Assembly: GCA_963737635.1 (NCBI GenBank)
Contig: CAVTTL010000001.1
Location: 44,999 to 108,998 of the forward strand
Source of the DNA: an uncultured Methanoregulaceae archaeon
Lineage (GTDB): Archaea > Halobacteriota > Methanomicrobia > Methanomicrobiales > Methanospirillaceae
DNA length: 64,000 bases
Direction of reading: 5' to 3'
Position 1 is the first letter of the stretch. Every line of letters starts with the position of its first letter. The notes under the pieces are model-generated. The model ran no database searches. It was not told where the DNA came from and worked only from the letters and a program-made list of their open reading frames with translations. This document shows positions 19,656-29,634 of the stretch, one piece after another. The position numbers and the translations under genes are program-made.

Positions 19656-22376
19656 TTATGTGATCGATGCGTGCCATACTACCTCTCCATTATGAGCGTC
19701 GATACCCACAAATCCGCTTTTATCTAAGTTAGATGCATCTTTTTGGTCTAATTCAAAAGACCACGTCAGATGCTGTTGGTTATTCTCATCAACTGCTATA
19801 TTCAAGCCAGGAGATGAAATATTATCTGGATTGATATTCTCAAATCCTGCTACCTGGAAGTACGATTCAGCATAACGCATCGCATCATCTTCTGTCAATG
19901 AAGGGGTTAAATTTAGAGTGGCGTCATTTGGAACATACCATTCATGATATTGGATAACCTCGCCTGTGTAGGGATTGACCGTTATAGTCACTAAATTCGG
20001 TCCAGGAATTACTGTATTTTCCGAAGAATTTAATCCGGGAGGATAGAAGATTTCCTGCCATGAATATTCGAAAGTTTGGCCCGATTCGAGATCGTTTGTC
20101 CTTTTTACAATCTGTTTGATCCCTTTTCCGTCGCTCACATTCCATAATTCCGGATATTTCTCTTTTGCATAGGACTCTGCAATTCTCGATCCCTCATCAA
20201 GATCGATAATTCGGGTCGTTGTTTCCGATCCGTTCCTCGAAACGGTCATTGATTGCACTCTTCCATTGTTTGCATTCACCCAATAGGTGGAATCGTCGGT
20301 TTTGACTTGGTATAAATCGGCATAAGGCTGATGAATTATATCCTGATATTCAATATTATTAACGGGTTTTTCTGCGAATGTTGATACGGAATTAATAATC
20401 TGATTTTTTCTGTCACTTGATAATGAGGACATTGTTTGTGTCGTTGTATTAACATTATTTGCACTAACCATCTGACTCGCTAGTCCGTTTGGAAGAGGTT
20501 GTGAACACCCATCATTATTTTCTGCATAATGCACTTTTGTCAGGTTACATGCGGCATCCCATACGCCAGGCCATGTCTTATATACCTCTTGGCAATCCAG
20601 ATTAGATTCTGCAGCGCCTACCCCCTCATCATATGCATTTAAGATGGGATCTCCATCCTGAACCCTATTCCAAAATGTAGCGCTCCAGTCATTAACGCCA
20701 CCCCAATCTAAAAGATTCTCTGTCCAGCCAATCGCACATGAACCACCTTTTGATGCGATTATATCGACGATATTACCATAAGTGGGACTTGTCCCTCCCG
20801 CCTTGCATGCCAATAATACCGCTAGGTTCATGTTGCTATAGGAAGCGCTGGCTTCATCGAAACTATTCGCATTATTTGTCCCATAAAAGAGGGTCGCATC
20901 GGGAAAAGCTAAGGTATCATTAAGTTGAATTTCTCCTTCAAGTCCATGGCCAAAGAAAAAGAATATTTGATCATTTGGAAGTCTCGGTATTATATCCGAT
21001 TGTTTTGCAGGATAAAATATTGTAGGTTGGTAATTCATAAGTTGTTGTTGACTGGCAGCAGTAGCAACATCGGATTGATAGATAGATCGACCTGGAATAT
21101 CGGTTGCCTGATTCGACGGTGCAGGTGTCGAAGTAGGGGTAGGGGTCAAAGTCGGTGTTTCAGTTGGGGTCGAGGTCGGCGTTCCAGGTGGCATCACGGT
21201 CACATACCCAGTTTCCACCGCAATATTGCTTCCACCAGCATTTAATGCCATAAGACTCACCGTGTACGTTCCGGTCGAGTTATAGGTATAAGTCGGATTC
21301 TGTGCGCTTGATGTTCCACCATCGCCAAATAACCAGCTCCATGACGTTGGTGATCCTGTCGACGTGTCAGTGAATGATACAGTCAGTGGCGCGGTACCGG
21401 AGGTGGGAGTGCCGGTGAAACTGGCCACAGGTGCTGGTGGAAATGCCCGAATATAATTAGTCTGGGTCGATGAGTAGGACCCATAGGCGGTTGTGATAGT
21501 CAAAGAAACGGTAAAGTTCCCGGGAGTGGAATAGGTATACGAGGGATTTTGCAGCGTACTCCCTCCGGAACCGTCCCCGAAATTCCACTGCCAAGACACC
21601 GGCGGAGCTCCCATAGACGCATCGGTGAACTGGACAGCTAACGGGACTGTCCCGCTTGTCGGAGAACCGGTAAATGAGGCTGTAGTCGGAACCCATTGAA
21701 TGGTACCGATAGGCAGTGTGAACATCGCATTCGTCCAGAATACGGCCTGATAATACAGGAAATTCGGATTATGTTCTGTATAGTAGGGTAAATATGCGTA
21801 ACCGTTTTGGTCTGTGTAACCGTCACCTATTACTTCCCATGTACTGCCGTCTACAGACTTCTGGAACTGGTAATAAACGCCCGGGATCCCTTGCCCGGTA
21901 TAATAGTTGTATATCTGGCTGGTAATCGAGATGGGTTCGTCGCAATAAAAATAATAGTCCGCCTCTTCCTCTTGTTGGTTGGCTATTGCTTTCATTGCTT
22001 GGACCTGACTCTTTGCTGGAGTCACGTTCCCTTTTGCCACGACAGACACCTTTGACCGGATCTGCGCCGCCGCCACTTGGGTGGTTGGTACTTTCGTCGC
22101 CTGCGCAGCAGGGGTTGAATTACCGGATACACTCACAGACATCTGCGACTGATTCTGCTGATCTGCCAGTGCAATCACCGGGATGAGCAAGCCTGCAAAG
22201 AGAATTATCAAAAGAAATACTGTGACATTCTTCTGAATCCTTGGAAACGCTCCAGAGCCTATGCTTTTTCCTCGGTCGAATTTGTTCTTGGCAGATAACC
22301 GGCATTTTCCTCGCACTTCTACATCATCATTTTTTTCCAATCTCCGTCTGGGAGAAACCTGGATCTTTGGAACCAT
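19656..22376 (-). CDS. Large secreted protein: two PKD domains, a putative clan CD-like peptidase domain and a PepSY-like C-terminus
   Basis: Signal peptide; two PKD repeats (VQFTDAS..SWQWNFGDG, VSFTDTS..SWSWLFGDG); Thr/Pro linker; IFFFFGHG and LAVLLAC motifs; TTTATATA about 25 nt upstream of ATG 22376. Confidence 0.7.
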   Translation of the reverse strand: MVPKIQVSPRRRLEKNDDVEVRGKCRLSAKNKFDRGKSIGSGAFPRIQKNVTVFLLIILFAGLLIPVIALADQQNQSQMSVSVSGNSTPAAQATKVPTTQVAAAQIRSKVSVVAKGNVTPAKSQVQAMKAIANQQEEEADYYFYCDEPISITSQIYNYYTGQGIPGVYYQFQKSVDGSTWEVIGDGYTDQNGYAYLPYYTEHNPNFLYYQAVFWTNAMFTLPIGTIQWVPTTASFTGSPTSGTVPLAVQFTDASMGAPPVSWQWNFGDGSGGSTLQNPSYTYSTPGNFTVSLTITTAYGSYSSTQTNYIRAFPPAPVASFTGTPTSGTAPLTVSFTDTSTGSPTSWSWLFGDGGTSSAQNPTYTYNSTGTYTVSLMALNAGGSNIAVETGYVTVMPPGTPTSTPTETPTLTPTPTSTPAPSNQATDIPGRSIYQSDVATAASQQQLMNYQPTIFYPAKQSDIIPRLPNDQIFFFFGHGLEGEIQLNDTLAFPDATLFYGTNNANSFDEASASYSNMNLAVLLACKAGGTSPTYGNIVDIIASKGGSCAIGWTENLLDWGGVNDWSATFWNRVQDGDPILNAYDEGVGAAESNLDCQEVYKTWPGVWDAACNLTKVHYAENNDGCSQPLPNGLASQMVSANNVNTTTQTMSSLSSDRKNQIINSVSTFAEKPVNNIEYQDIIHQPYADLYQVKTDDSTYWVNANNGRVQSMTVSRNGSETTTRIIDLDEGSRIAESYAKEKYPELWNVSDGKGIKQIVKRTNDLESGQTFEYSWQEIFYPPGLNSSENTVIPGPNLVTITVNPYTGEVIQYHEWYVPNDATLNLTPSLTEDDAMRYAESYFQVAGFENINPDNISSPGLNIAVDENNQQHLTWSFELDQKDASNLDKSGFVGIDAHNGEVVWHASIT

Positions 22377-22650
22377 GCGGAGCTCTATAGTTATTCAAAT
22401 ATATAAAGTACAACGATTTAAAAATATATATTCAAATTGAGTATGAACAAAAAAATTACTTGGATCGCAGTCTTTTCATACGAAAGGATTTAACTAGAAT
22501 TTTGTTTTCGAGGAAACGTGGTTTCCCTTGCTTTTTTGTTGGGCTCTGTGATTCTGGTGCCCTGCCGTGACTCTTTGAAAGGTTCTGATAGGTTAACGGG
22601 ACTTCGTTGGAAAAAAACGGATAAATGATGAGTTTTCACGACGTAATAAA

Positions 22651-24363
22651 CTATAGAAAATCCTTCAAGTCCCGAGAATCTATCGGCACCGAACGTCCCA
22701 TCCGTTTCCGGCCGGTAATATCGCGGACAAACGCGAAGCTGTATTCATTGTTTTCCTTTCGGACATACGATGACATAATCTCCACATCAATGATCGTGCC
22801 ATCCTTCCGTCGGTGCCGGGATGTAATGAAACGCTTTTTCATTTCTCTTAAGTCAGCAACGGATCGCTCCCAGATTTCAGGAGTATAATCCGGGTCCAGA
22901 TTGAAGATCTTCATGCCATGAAGTTCTTCCCTGGAATAGCGAGTCGTACGGCAAGCCGCTTCGTTCACATACAGGATAGTGCCTTCGAAATCCAACCAGA
23001 AAACTTCATCATAGGCCTGGTCGACGGAGGTTTTGAGGAGTAAGAGCTGGTCTTCCAGCTGTTTGTGTTCGGTGATATCGCGGGCGCAGCCCTCACCACC
23101 GATAATTACACCGGTGTCGTTGCGTAAGGGAACAGCATTCGTGCTATGCCAGCACCAGGACCCGTTGGCATGTCGGACACGATATTCTACACCAGTCTTT
23201 CCCTGTCCCGTAGTGATCACCGATCGAAGGACGCCCATGCACAGAGGAATATCGTCAGGATGGACGAATTGTTTGAATGATTTCCCCAGTACCTGACTTG
23301 CCGGGTGGCCAAGAAGGATAGTCCACGCGGGTGAAACGAACGTAAACACTCCTTCTGTATTGAGGGTATAAATGATATCGTGGGTATTCTCAACTAACAG
23401 ACGAAACTTTTCTTCACTTTCCCGTAACAATTCCAATGCCTGCTTCCGTTCAGTGATGTCCGTGATCATGCCAAATGATCCTTGGAACGAACCGGCCTCG
23501 CCAGGGATGGGCGAACCTGAGATCAGGCACCAGATGGCTCTTCCGTCCCGGTGCCTGAGTCTGCATTCATAGCAGCTTTTAATCCCTTTCATTCGGGCGA
23601 TAAATTGGGCCTCGAAAACAGCATGGTCATCGCTGATGACCACATCCAGAACATTCCGTCCGACCATTCCCTCACGGGTATACCCGAGCATATCAGCAAA
23701 ACGCTGGTTAGTAAAGAGGGTATCGAGGTTCCGGTCCAGGATCCATACGCCTTCATTCGCAGTCTCAACGATGAGGCGGTATTTCTCCTCGCTCATCTGT
23801 ATCCGCTTCTCGTCCTCTTTTTGCCGGGTAATGTCTTCAAGGACAACGGATACCCCTTTCTTCCCGTTGTCAAACACGGTTGGAGCGATCCGGCAGGTAA
23901 ACGTGGTCCCCCGCGATCTGATGGAGAGTTCCCCCCTCCACTCGACTCCCTTAACACCTCTTTTTACCTGTTCCAGGAAGGATCCAAAAAGGTCATCGAG
24001 AACCGGCTCCACCACGGAGTATTGAATATTTTTTCCAATAAGATCTTCCGGGGTGGTACCCAGAAATCCGACGAAGGGCTCATTGGCGTATATAATCCTG
24101 AGATGGCTATCCAACTGCATAATAAGTTCCGAAGAGATCGAGAGGAGAGAGGAAACGGGGACCCGATGCGAGAGGGTATAGATCTTGGCCATGCCAAAAA
24201 GGCGCATATCCACCTGTCCGGACGCGAGAAGGGTTTCAAGATACCTCCCCGCAGTACTCCGGCTGATCTTCACTTCCTCGACTATTCCGGTGATGTTGAG
24301 ACCCTGCGGATTCTTCTGTAAAACGTCTTTGATCTTCGCAGTAACCTTCTGGCTCAAAACCAT
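22651..24363 (-). CDS. Winged-HTH plus four PAS/PAC domains; one-component regulator
   Basis: N-terminal GLNITGIVEEVKISRSTAGRYLETL; PAS repeats (YANEPF, FTNQRFADMLGY, FVSPAWTILLGH, YVNEAACRTTRY); no kinase domain. Confidence 0.85.
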   Translation of the reverse strand: MVLSQKVTAKIKDVLQKNPQGLNITGIVEEVKISRSTAGRYLETLLASGQVDMRLFGMAKIYTLSHRVPVSSLLSISSELIMQLDSHLRIIYANEPFVGFLGTTPEDLIGKNIQYSVVEPVLDDLFGSFLEQVKRGVKGVEWRGELSIRSRGTTFTCRIAPTVFDNGKKGVSVVLEDITRQKEDEKRIQMSEEKYRLIVETANEGVWILDRNLDTLFTNQRFADMLGYTREGMVGRNVLDVVISDDHAVFEAQFIARMKGIKSCYECRLRHRDGRAIWCLISGSPIPGEAGSFQGSFGMITDITERKQALELLRESEEKFRLLVENTHDIIYTLNTEGVFTFVSPAWTILLGHPASQVLGKSFKQFVHPDDIPLCMGVLRSVITTGQGKTGVEYRVRHANGSWCWHSTNAVPLRNDTGVIIGGEGCARDITEHKQLEDQLLLLKTSVDQAYDEVFWLDFEGTILYVNEAACRTTRYSREELHGMKIFNLDPDYTPEIWERSVADLREMKKRFITSRHRRKDGTIIDVEIMSSYVRKENNEYSFAFVRDITGRKRMGRSVPIDSRDLKDFL

Positions 24364-24707
24364 AAACTGACTAATATTAGCATAGGAAGATATAATGATT
24401 CAGCTCCGCACCTGATATCTTCAATGGCATGAGAGGGCAGAATCTCTGAAGGGGGTTTCAAATAATGCCGTTTTATAAAACGAAATAAAGCACCCTATTC
24501 AAGCGATGCGGGAATTCGTTAGGATTCTCTTTTTAGGAGGTGGAAAACCAGAAAGTAGGAAAAGAACGGGATCATCCGCGGTACCTGGTATCTCCCGTTT
24601 GAGTGCATACCCGACCGCTTTCCAAGCTAACGTTTATTGAATCGTGAATCTATTCATAGTTTGATCGCAGTTTAAACACATCTTCATACCAAAAGATTCT
24701 GAATTAC

Positions 24708-26128
24708 ATGACTCGGTATTCACCCTTTTTATCGTATTTTCTGTTCCTGTTCCTTGCATCAGTTGTACTATGGTGCCATCCGGTTTCTGCGGTCGAATTA
24801 CCGGTCGCAGATTTTTCAATCACACCGGTATCAGGCACCGTACCACTGGATGTAACGATGACCGATATATCAAAAGGACCCCATGCAGCGTGGTTCTGGA
24901 CGTTTGGCGACGGCGCATTTTCCTCCAGCCAAGAACCGGGACATACCTATACAGAACCTGGTTCCTATACCGTTAGTCTGTTCATTACCGATAATCAGGG
25001 ACATACCAGTGTCAAAAAAAGATATGTTACGGTCGGATCCTGGTGGTGGACACATCTGGGGAGCGTAGTATCGAACCTCTTTCTCAAACCCGCCCCACCT
25101 CTGGCACCTGTTGAACCAGCTGATAACGGGCTTTTTCACGGCCATTTTGAAGATCTGCCATCTATAAATGAGATGCCGGTCTCCCCGCTCATGCAACGTT
25201 TCCTCACTGACGGATATACGGTCACCTTTAAACAATCAGGACTGCCAACGGGTTTGAACTGGTCGGTTGTCCTTGTTAACAACAACGGAACCCGGCTGGA
25301 GAGAACGTCATCTGCACCTGAAATCCGTTTTTCAGATATTCATGGATCGTATACCTATGCAATACCGCTGGTGAAATTTGGGAAAAGACAGGTAAATATT
25401 TCTGCAATACCGTCTTCGGGCCCGGTTGACAGAGATAGTATTGATATTCAATTCTCTCATTTCGAGCCTTCCTGGGCGGGATATATAATGGCAGCAAATG
25501 TGACCGATCCCGGCCGGTTGTGACATCGGTAGCAGGATCATGGATTGTTCCGGAACTTTCGGGTACTACTGCAGATATGACGTCGGCATTTCAATGGATA
25601 GGAATCGGGGGATTTTTTCCGGGAGATGCCAGTAACCTGATCCAGACAGGAACTGCATCCAGTCTCGGCGGAATGTATCCTATGCAATATAATTATGGCT
25701 GGATCGAACTTCTCCCGGGTCGTTCCGAACCGATCCCACCGGATTTCGTTATTTTTCCGGGTGATACCATGCAGGCAAAGATACAGACAGAAAAGCCGGG
25801 GAGATGGAATATAACCCTGAGAGACCTCACGCAAAACTGGCAATACGAGAGAACCTTTCTTTACCATTCCTCTATGGATAGCGCAGAATGGGTACTGGAA
25901 AACCCCTCTTATGCAGGAGAAACGTATGATCTTGCCACGTTCGGGGTTGCGAATTTCGGAACACCATCGTCAGATGATGATAATGCGACCATTGATGCAG
26001 TGACCGGCCCACTGGGTACATTCCCTGGTTTCTCAATAACGATGGTATACAACAATACTTCACGGGCAATGCCATCACCATTATCGTCTGAAGGCAATTT
26101 CACTATCAAGGGATATAGTGCGAATTAA
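24708..26128 (+). CDS. Secreted PKD-domain protein with C-terminal family G1 (eqolisin-type) glutamic peptidase domain (apparent frameshift at ~25511)
   Basis: Signal peptide and PKD (WFWTFGDG), then SWAGY, WIVP, QWIGIGG, LIQTGT, WIELLP and SAEWVLENP. One added base at CCGG fuses the two ORFs (TDPRPVVTSVAGSW). Confidence 0.75.
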
Positions 26129-26321
26129 TGGTTAAAGGGTTCTGGTGCATCTTCGAGACTCGTTACCTACCGGGCCCGCTTCGATATCGACAACGTCATT
26201 TTCTTTGCGTCACGACACCGCACCGGAACCTAAGGAAAATATCGTACGAAAGAAGGTCACCCGGGGGAATGTTCCTGCACCGGTTCCGGATGTAGTGCGG
26301 CAGACAATTCTTTCAGTGCCC

Positions 26322-26412
26322 CCGGGGGTTCATGTACCGGGCAATCCGGGTGAGATCCCCCTTTCCTGCCGCATCCCAACCCTCGTACAGGATGATGAGC
26401 GGGATCTTGCGT
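26322..26412 (-). repeat. Diverged ~90-bp copy of part of the ppk2/pap gene (27876-27969)
   Basis: Translates to RKIPLIILYEGWDAAGKGDLTRIARYMNPRG* versus RKIPLIILYEGWDAAGKGGNITRIARYMNPRSY in pap; same orientation. Confidence 0.85.
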
Positions 26413-26551
26413 CGATCCGCTGGGTATTACATTGCCTCTGGTGACAGCGGTGTCATCGCGGGCGGCCGCCCGAATAACCGCGATGCTTACGAGACCCAGA
26501 AAAGTAAATGTGTATGTTGTTGCCGGTTTCACCTGCGAACGGGAAAAAGGA

Positions 26552-27187
26552 TTAATCGATCTCGGCCTGTTCAGGGTAATACATTAAATCGGCATTTGGC
26601 TGCTCGTTCATATTGGCACCGATCAGATCAGTCTCATAAGAGCTCACAATCTGAGCCGGCACCGTTATCCCCGGGAATCGTGGATCTTGGTGAGCCGGCA
26701 CCAATGTGTACTGCCGGATGATTTGCGCCCCGGTCTGTCCGGTGGGGAGTATCTTAATTAAGTATGTCATATTCCCAACCGGAGTCCATGTGCCCGTCTC
26801 TTCAGAATAAGGATATGTGGTGTCTATCACGATATTGCTTGACATCTGTTTCGTGGTGCCCTCCCGGTAATCCACGGATCCATCCGGATAGAACTTGAAC
26901 TCATACCCGGTCGATTGTGCTGCCGTTGGATCGCCGTACTGCCAGATCCACCGGTGAAGGATCGGATCTGTTGGTGGGGCAGTTGTAACCACAGTTGTGA
27001 CCGCAGTTGTTGAGAGGGTCGGGACAGGGGTCACCTGCGAGGTCGGTACTATTGTGACTGCGGTAGTGACCAGGGCTGGAGTGGTCACCGTGGTGATCGT
27101 TGCCGGATTACTGGAAGTGCTGGTGCACCCGGTGACTAACACTGTAACGATACATGCCACTATCAGGAAAAAGAAAGACTTCCGCAT
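26552..27187 (-). CDS. Lipoprotein of unknown function with Thr-rich linker
   Basis: Start at ATG 27187 (MRKSFFFLIVACIVTVLVTGC, lipobox), Thr/Val-rich linker, globular C-terminal domain (PILHRWIW..YEFKFYPDG). Confidence 0.75.
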   Translation of the reverse strand: MRKSFFFLIVACIVTVLVTGCTSTSSNPATITTVTTPALVTTAVTIVPTSQVTPVPTLSTTAVTTVVTTAPPTDPILHRWIWQYGDPTAAQSTGYEFKFYPDGSVDYREGTTKQMSSNIVIDTTYPYSEETGTWTPVGNMTYLIKILPTGQTGAQIIRQYTLVPAHQDPRFPGITVPAQIVSSYETDLIGANMNEQPNADLMYYPEQAEID

Positions 27188-27365
27188 ATCCCTCCGATTA
27201 TGTTCTGACACGATAATTATTTCTCTTAACTCTTGGGGCCACCCGGAAACAATGAACGTGAAAAGAGAGGGGCGACAAGGGAGGTCTGTGAAGCATCTCA
27301 TCTACCTTTCTGGGAAATGTTTTTCGATGCTGATCGTTTGGCATCAGCTTTCCACGGTATTCTCC

Positions 27366-28904
27366 TCACTCCAGCAGTTTCCGGCAATACGATGTAACCT
27401 CTTCGATTGTCTGTACCCGGGCTGCCCATTTATCATCGGATCCGATCACCGTCCACGGAGCGATCTTCGTATTGGTCCGGGCCAGCATCTCATCGACCGC
27501 TTCATCATACTGTTGCCATTTTTCCCGGTTTCTCCAGTCGTCTTCAGTGATCTTCCACTGCTTGAGCGGGTCGCTCTTGCGCTGGTTAAAGCGCTTGAGC
27601 TGCTCCTCTTTGCTGATCTCAAGCCAGAATTTTATAATCCCCCCGCCGTTTGAATAGATGAAATCCGCTTCCGTATCGTTGATCTCGCGGTATGCCCGCT
27701 GCCACTCATACGCTGTGCAATAACCCTCCACCCGTTCCACGAGGACACGGCCATACCAGCTCCGGTCAAAGATCGTAATGTGGCCGGCCTTTGGGAAATT
27801 CTCAATGAACCGCCAGAAATAATGGTGGCTTTGTTCCGTTGCGTCAGGAGCAGAGACCGGGATCACATCATAACTCCGGGGGTTCATGTACCGGGCAATC
27901 CGGGTGATATTGCCTCCCTTTCCTGCCGCGTCCCAGCCTTCGTACAGGATAATGAGCGGGATCTTACGCTTGAAAAGGAGTGACTGAAGCCGCAGCATCT
28001 CTCCCTCGAGACAGTCAAGGATCGGCATGCAGTCCTTTTTTACACAGGGAATATCCTGTGGCCGGTTCACGGTTCTCCTCTTCACCGGACGTTTTTTCGG
28101 GAGGAGGGGATCGCCGGATTTTATCATTTTTCCGAGAGCCAAAACATCCAGTGTTTTCTCCAGGGTCTTAACCAGTGTCGAATAAATCTCCAAGATCGCA
28201 TGGTTCTCATTGGTCGCGTCGATCACGTGCCATGGTCCGGATGGCGTGTCCGTCTTTTCAAGAAGGTTATCGATCACCGGGAACGAAAGATCGTACGCGT
28301 TATGCAGACCCCAGAGAGCAGGAGTCACGAGCCATGCGCTCAGGGGATCGTTTTCCCGGGCTTCAAAGCGCTGTTTCTGCTCATCCTTGTCGATATGCAG
28401 GAAGAACTTCAGGATGATCGTCCCGTCATCGGCCAGCTGGCGCTCGAAGTTGTTGATCGAGATGATCCTCCCGTCTAAGGATTTTGTCCAGCTGGTTCTC
28501 TGCATCTCAGCAGAGATAGCACGGCTGTACCAGCTCCGGGCAAAGAGCGCGATACGCCCTTTGGCCGGGATCCGGGTCCAGAACCGCCACATAAAGGGCC
28601 GGACTCTTTCTTCATCTGTAGGCTGCTCGATCGTGTGGAGAGTGAACCCTCGGGGATCAAGTGCCTGGATCACCATTTTGGTCGAGCGGGTGATCCCTGC
28701 TGCGTCCCACCCCTCCATTACGATGATGACCGGTATCCGGGCTTCACGCAGGGATCGCTGAAGGATACCAAGGGTTTCCTCAAGCGGGGCGATCTTTTTG
28801 ACAAACGTCTTTTTGTCGATTCGGTTCTGCGGATTGAGGACATTTTTCAGCATCGTGGGGGACTCCAGGCTCGGGGATTTGGACTTTTTCATGTCTCTAT
28901 TCAT
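27366..28904 (-). CDS. pap: Polyphosphate:AMP phosphotransferase (two-domain PPK2)
   Basis: Tandem PPK2 domains: N-domain EGWDAAGITRS (degenerate Walker A) with RSWY; C-domain EGWDAAGKGG, FDRSWYGRVLVERV, WKITEDDWRNR. Confidence 0.92.
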   Translation of the reverse strand: MNRDMKKSKSPSLESPTMLKNVLNPQNRIDKKTFVKKIAPLEETLGILQRSLREARIPVIIVMEGWDAAGITRSTKMVIQALDPRGFTLHTIEQPTDEERVRPFMWRFWTRIPAKGRIALFARSWYSRAISAEMQRTSWTKSLDGRIISINNFERQLADDGTIILKFFLHIDKDEQKQRFEARENDPLSAWLVTPALWGLHNAYDLSFPVIDNLLEKTDTPSGPWHVIDATNENHAILEIYSTLVKTLEKTLDVLALGKMIKSGDPLLPKKRPVKRRTVNRPQDIPCVKKDCMPILDCLEGEMLRLQSLLFKRKIPLIILYEGWDAAGKGGNITRIARYMNPRSYDVIPVSAPDATEQSHHYFWRFIENFPKAGHITIFDRSWYGRVLVERVEGYCTAYEWQRAYREINDTEADFIYSNGGGIIKFWLEISKEEQLKRFNQRKSDPLKQWKITEDDWRNREKWQQYDEAVDEMLARTNTKIAPWTVIGSDDKWAARVQTIEEVTSYCRKLLE

Positions 28905-29117
28905 TTGCCGGGGGATAAAAATATTGAAACCCTATATTCAACAATACCGGTCAGGATCGAGAAATAGAATCGGGAAAATCTGGATTTAACTAGGGTATGA
29001 TATACCATTATTGAGATTTCAGGATACACCAGAGGAAATGCCACAAGGACAAGAGAAAGAACATAAGGAAGGACAGGAGAATTACAGGTAGTAATAGAAC
29101 GAGAGGAGGATTTTTGT

Positions 29118-29613
29118 ATGGATCTCTATATTCTCCGCCATGGGAAGGCAGGACAATCGTTCAATCGTCCCGGGGATAGTGACCGGAAAGCTTACCTCTG
29201 AGGGCAGGAGCGAGATGCGAAAGGTCGCGCGATGGATACGATCAAAAAAAATCCGGTTCGAAGTTATTGCCACAAGCCCCCTCACCCGCGCCCACGAAAC
29301 AGCGGAGATTGTTGCCCGGGCGCTCAAACAGAAAGACCGGCTTGAAGTCTGGGACGAACTTTCACCTGGTGGCGATCCCGATACGATATTCTCTCATGCC
29401 GCGCAGTATGACAAGAATGCTGCCGTGATCCTTATCGGGCATGAACCCGTATTGTCCGGTCTTATCGGGAGAATCATCACCGGCGGAGACAGCGCCTCCA
29501 TTAGCCTCGCCAAAGGCGGCATGGCAAAGATCCGGGACTATAGTTTTAACAGCACGCCGTCCGGTGATCTCCAGTGGTTGCTGACGCCCCGACAGATGGC
29601 GGAGATGCAATAA
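29118..29613 (+). CDS. sixA: SixA-family phosphohistidine phosphatase (apparent +1 frameshift at ~29188)
   Basis: ATG 29118 gives MDLYILRHGKA (RHG motif, missed by the ORF track). Removing one A in CCGGAAAGCTT joins it to KLTSEG...TSPLTRAHETA...LIGHEP. Confidence 0.9.
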
Positions 29614-29634
29614 AAGATACCGGTTTTTCCTTAT

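Noticed and set aside
21125-21185. Thr-Pro repeat DNA as a regulatory or phase-variable tract
   Set aside because: It encodes an ordinary glycosylated linker (TPTSTPTETPTLTPTPTSTP) with varied codons.
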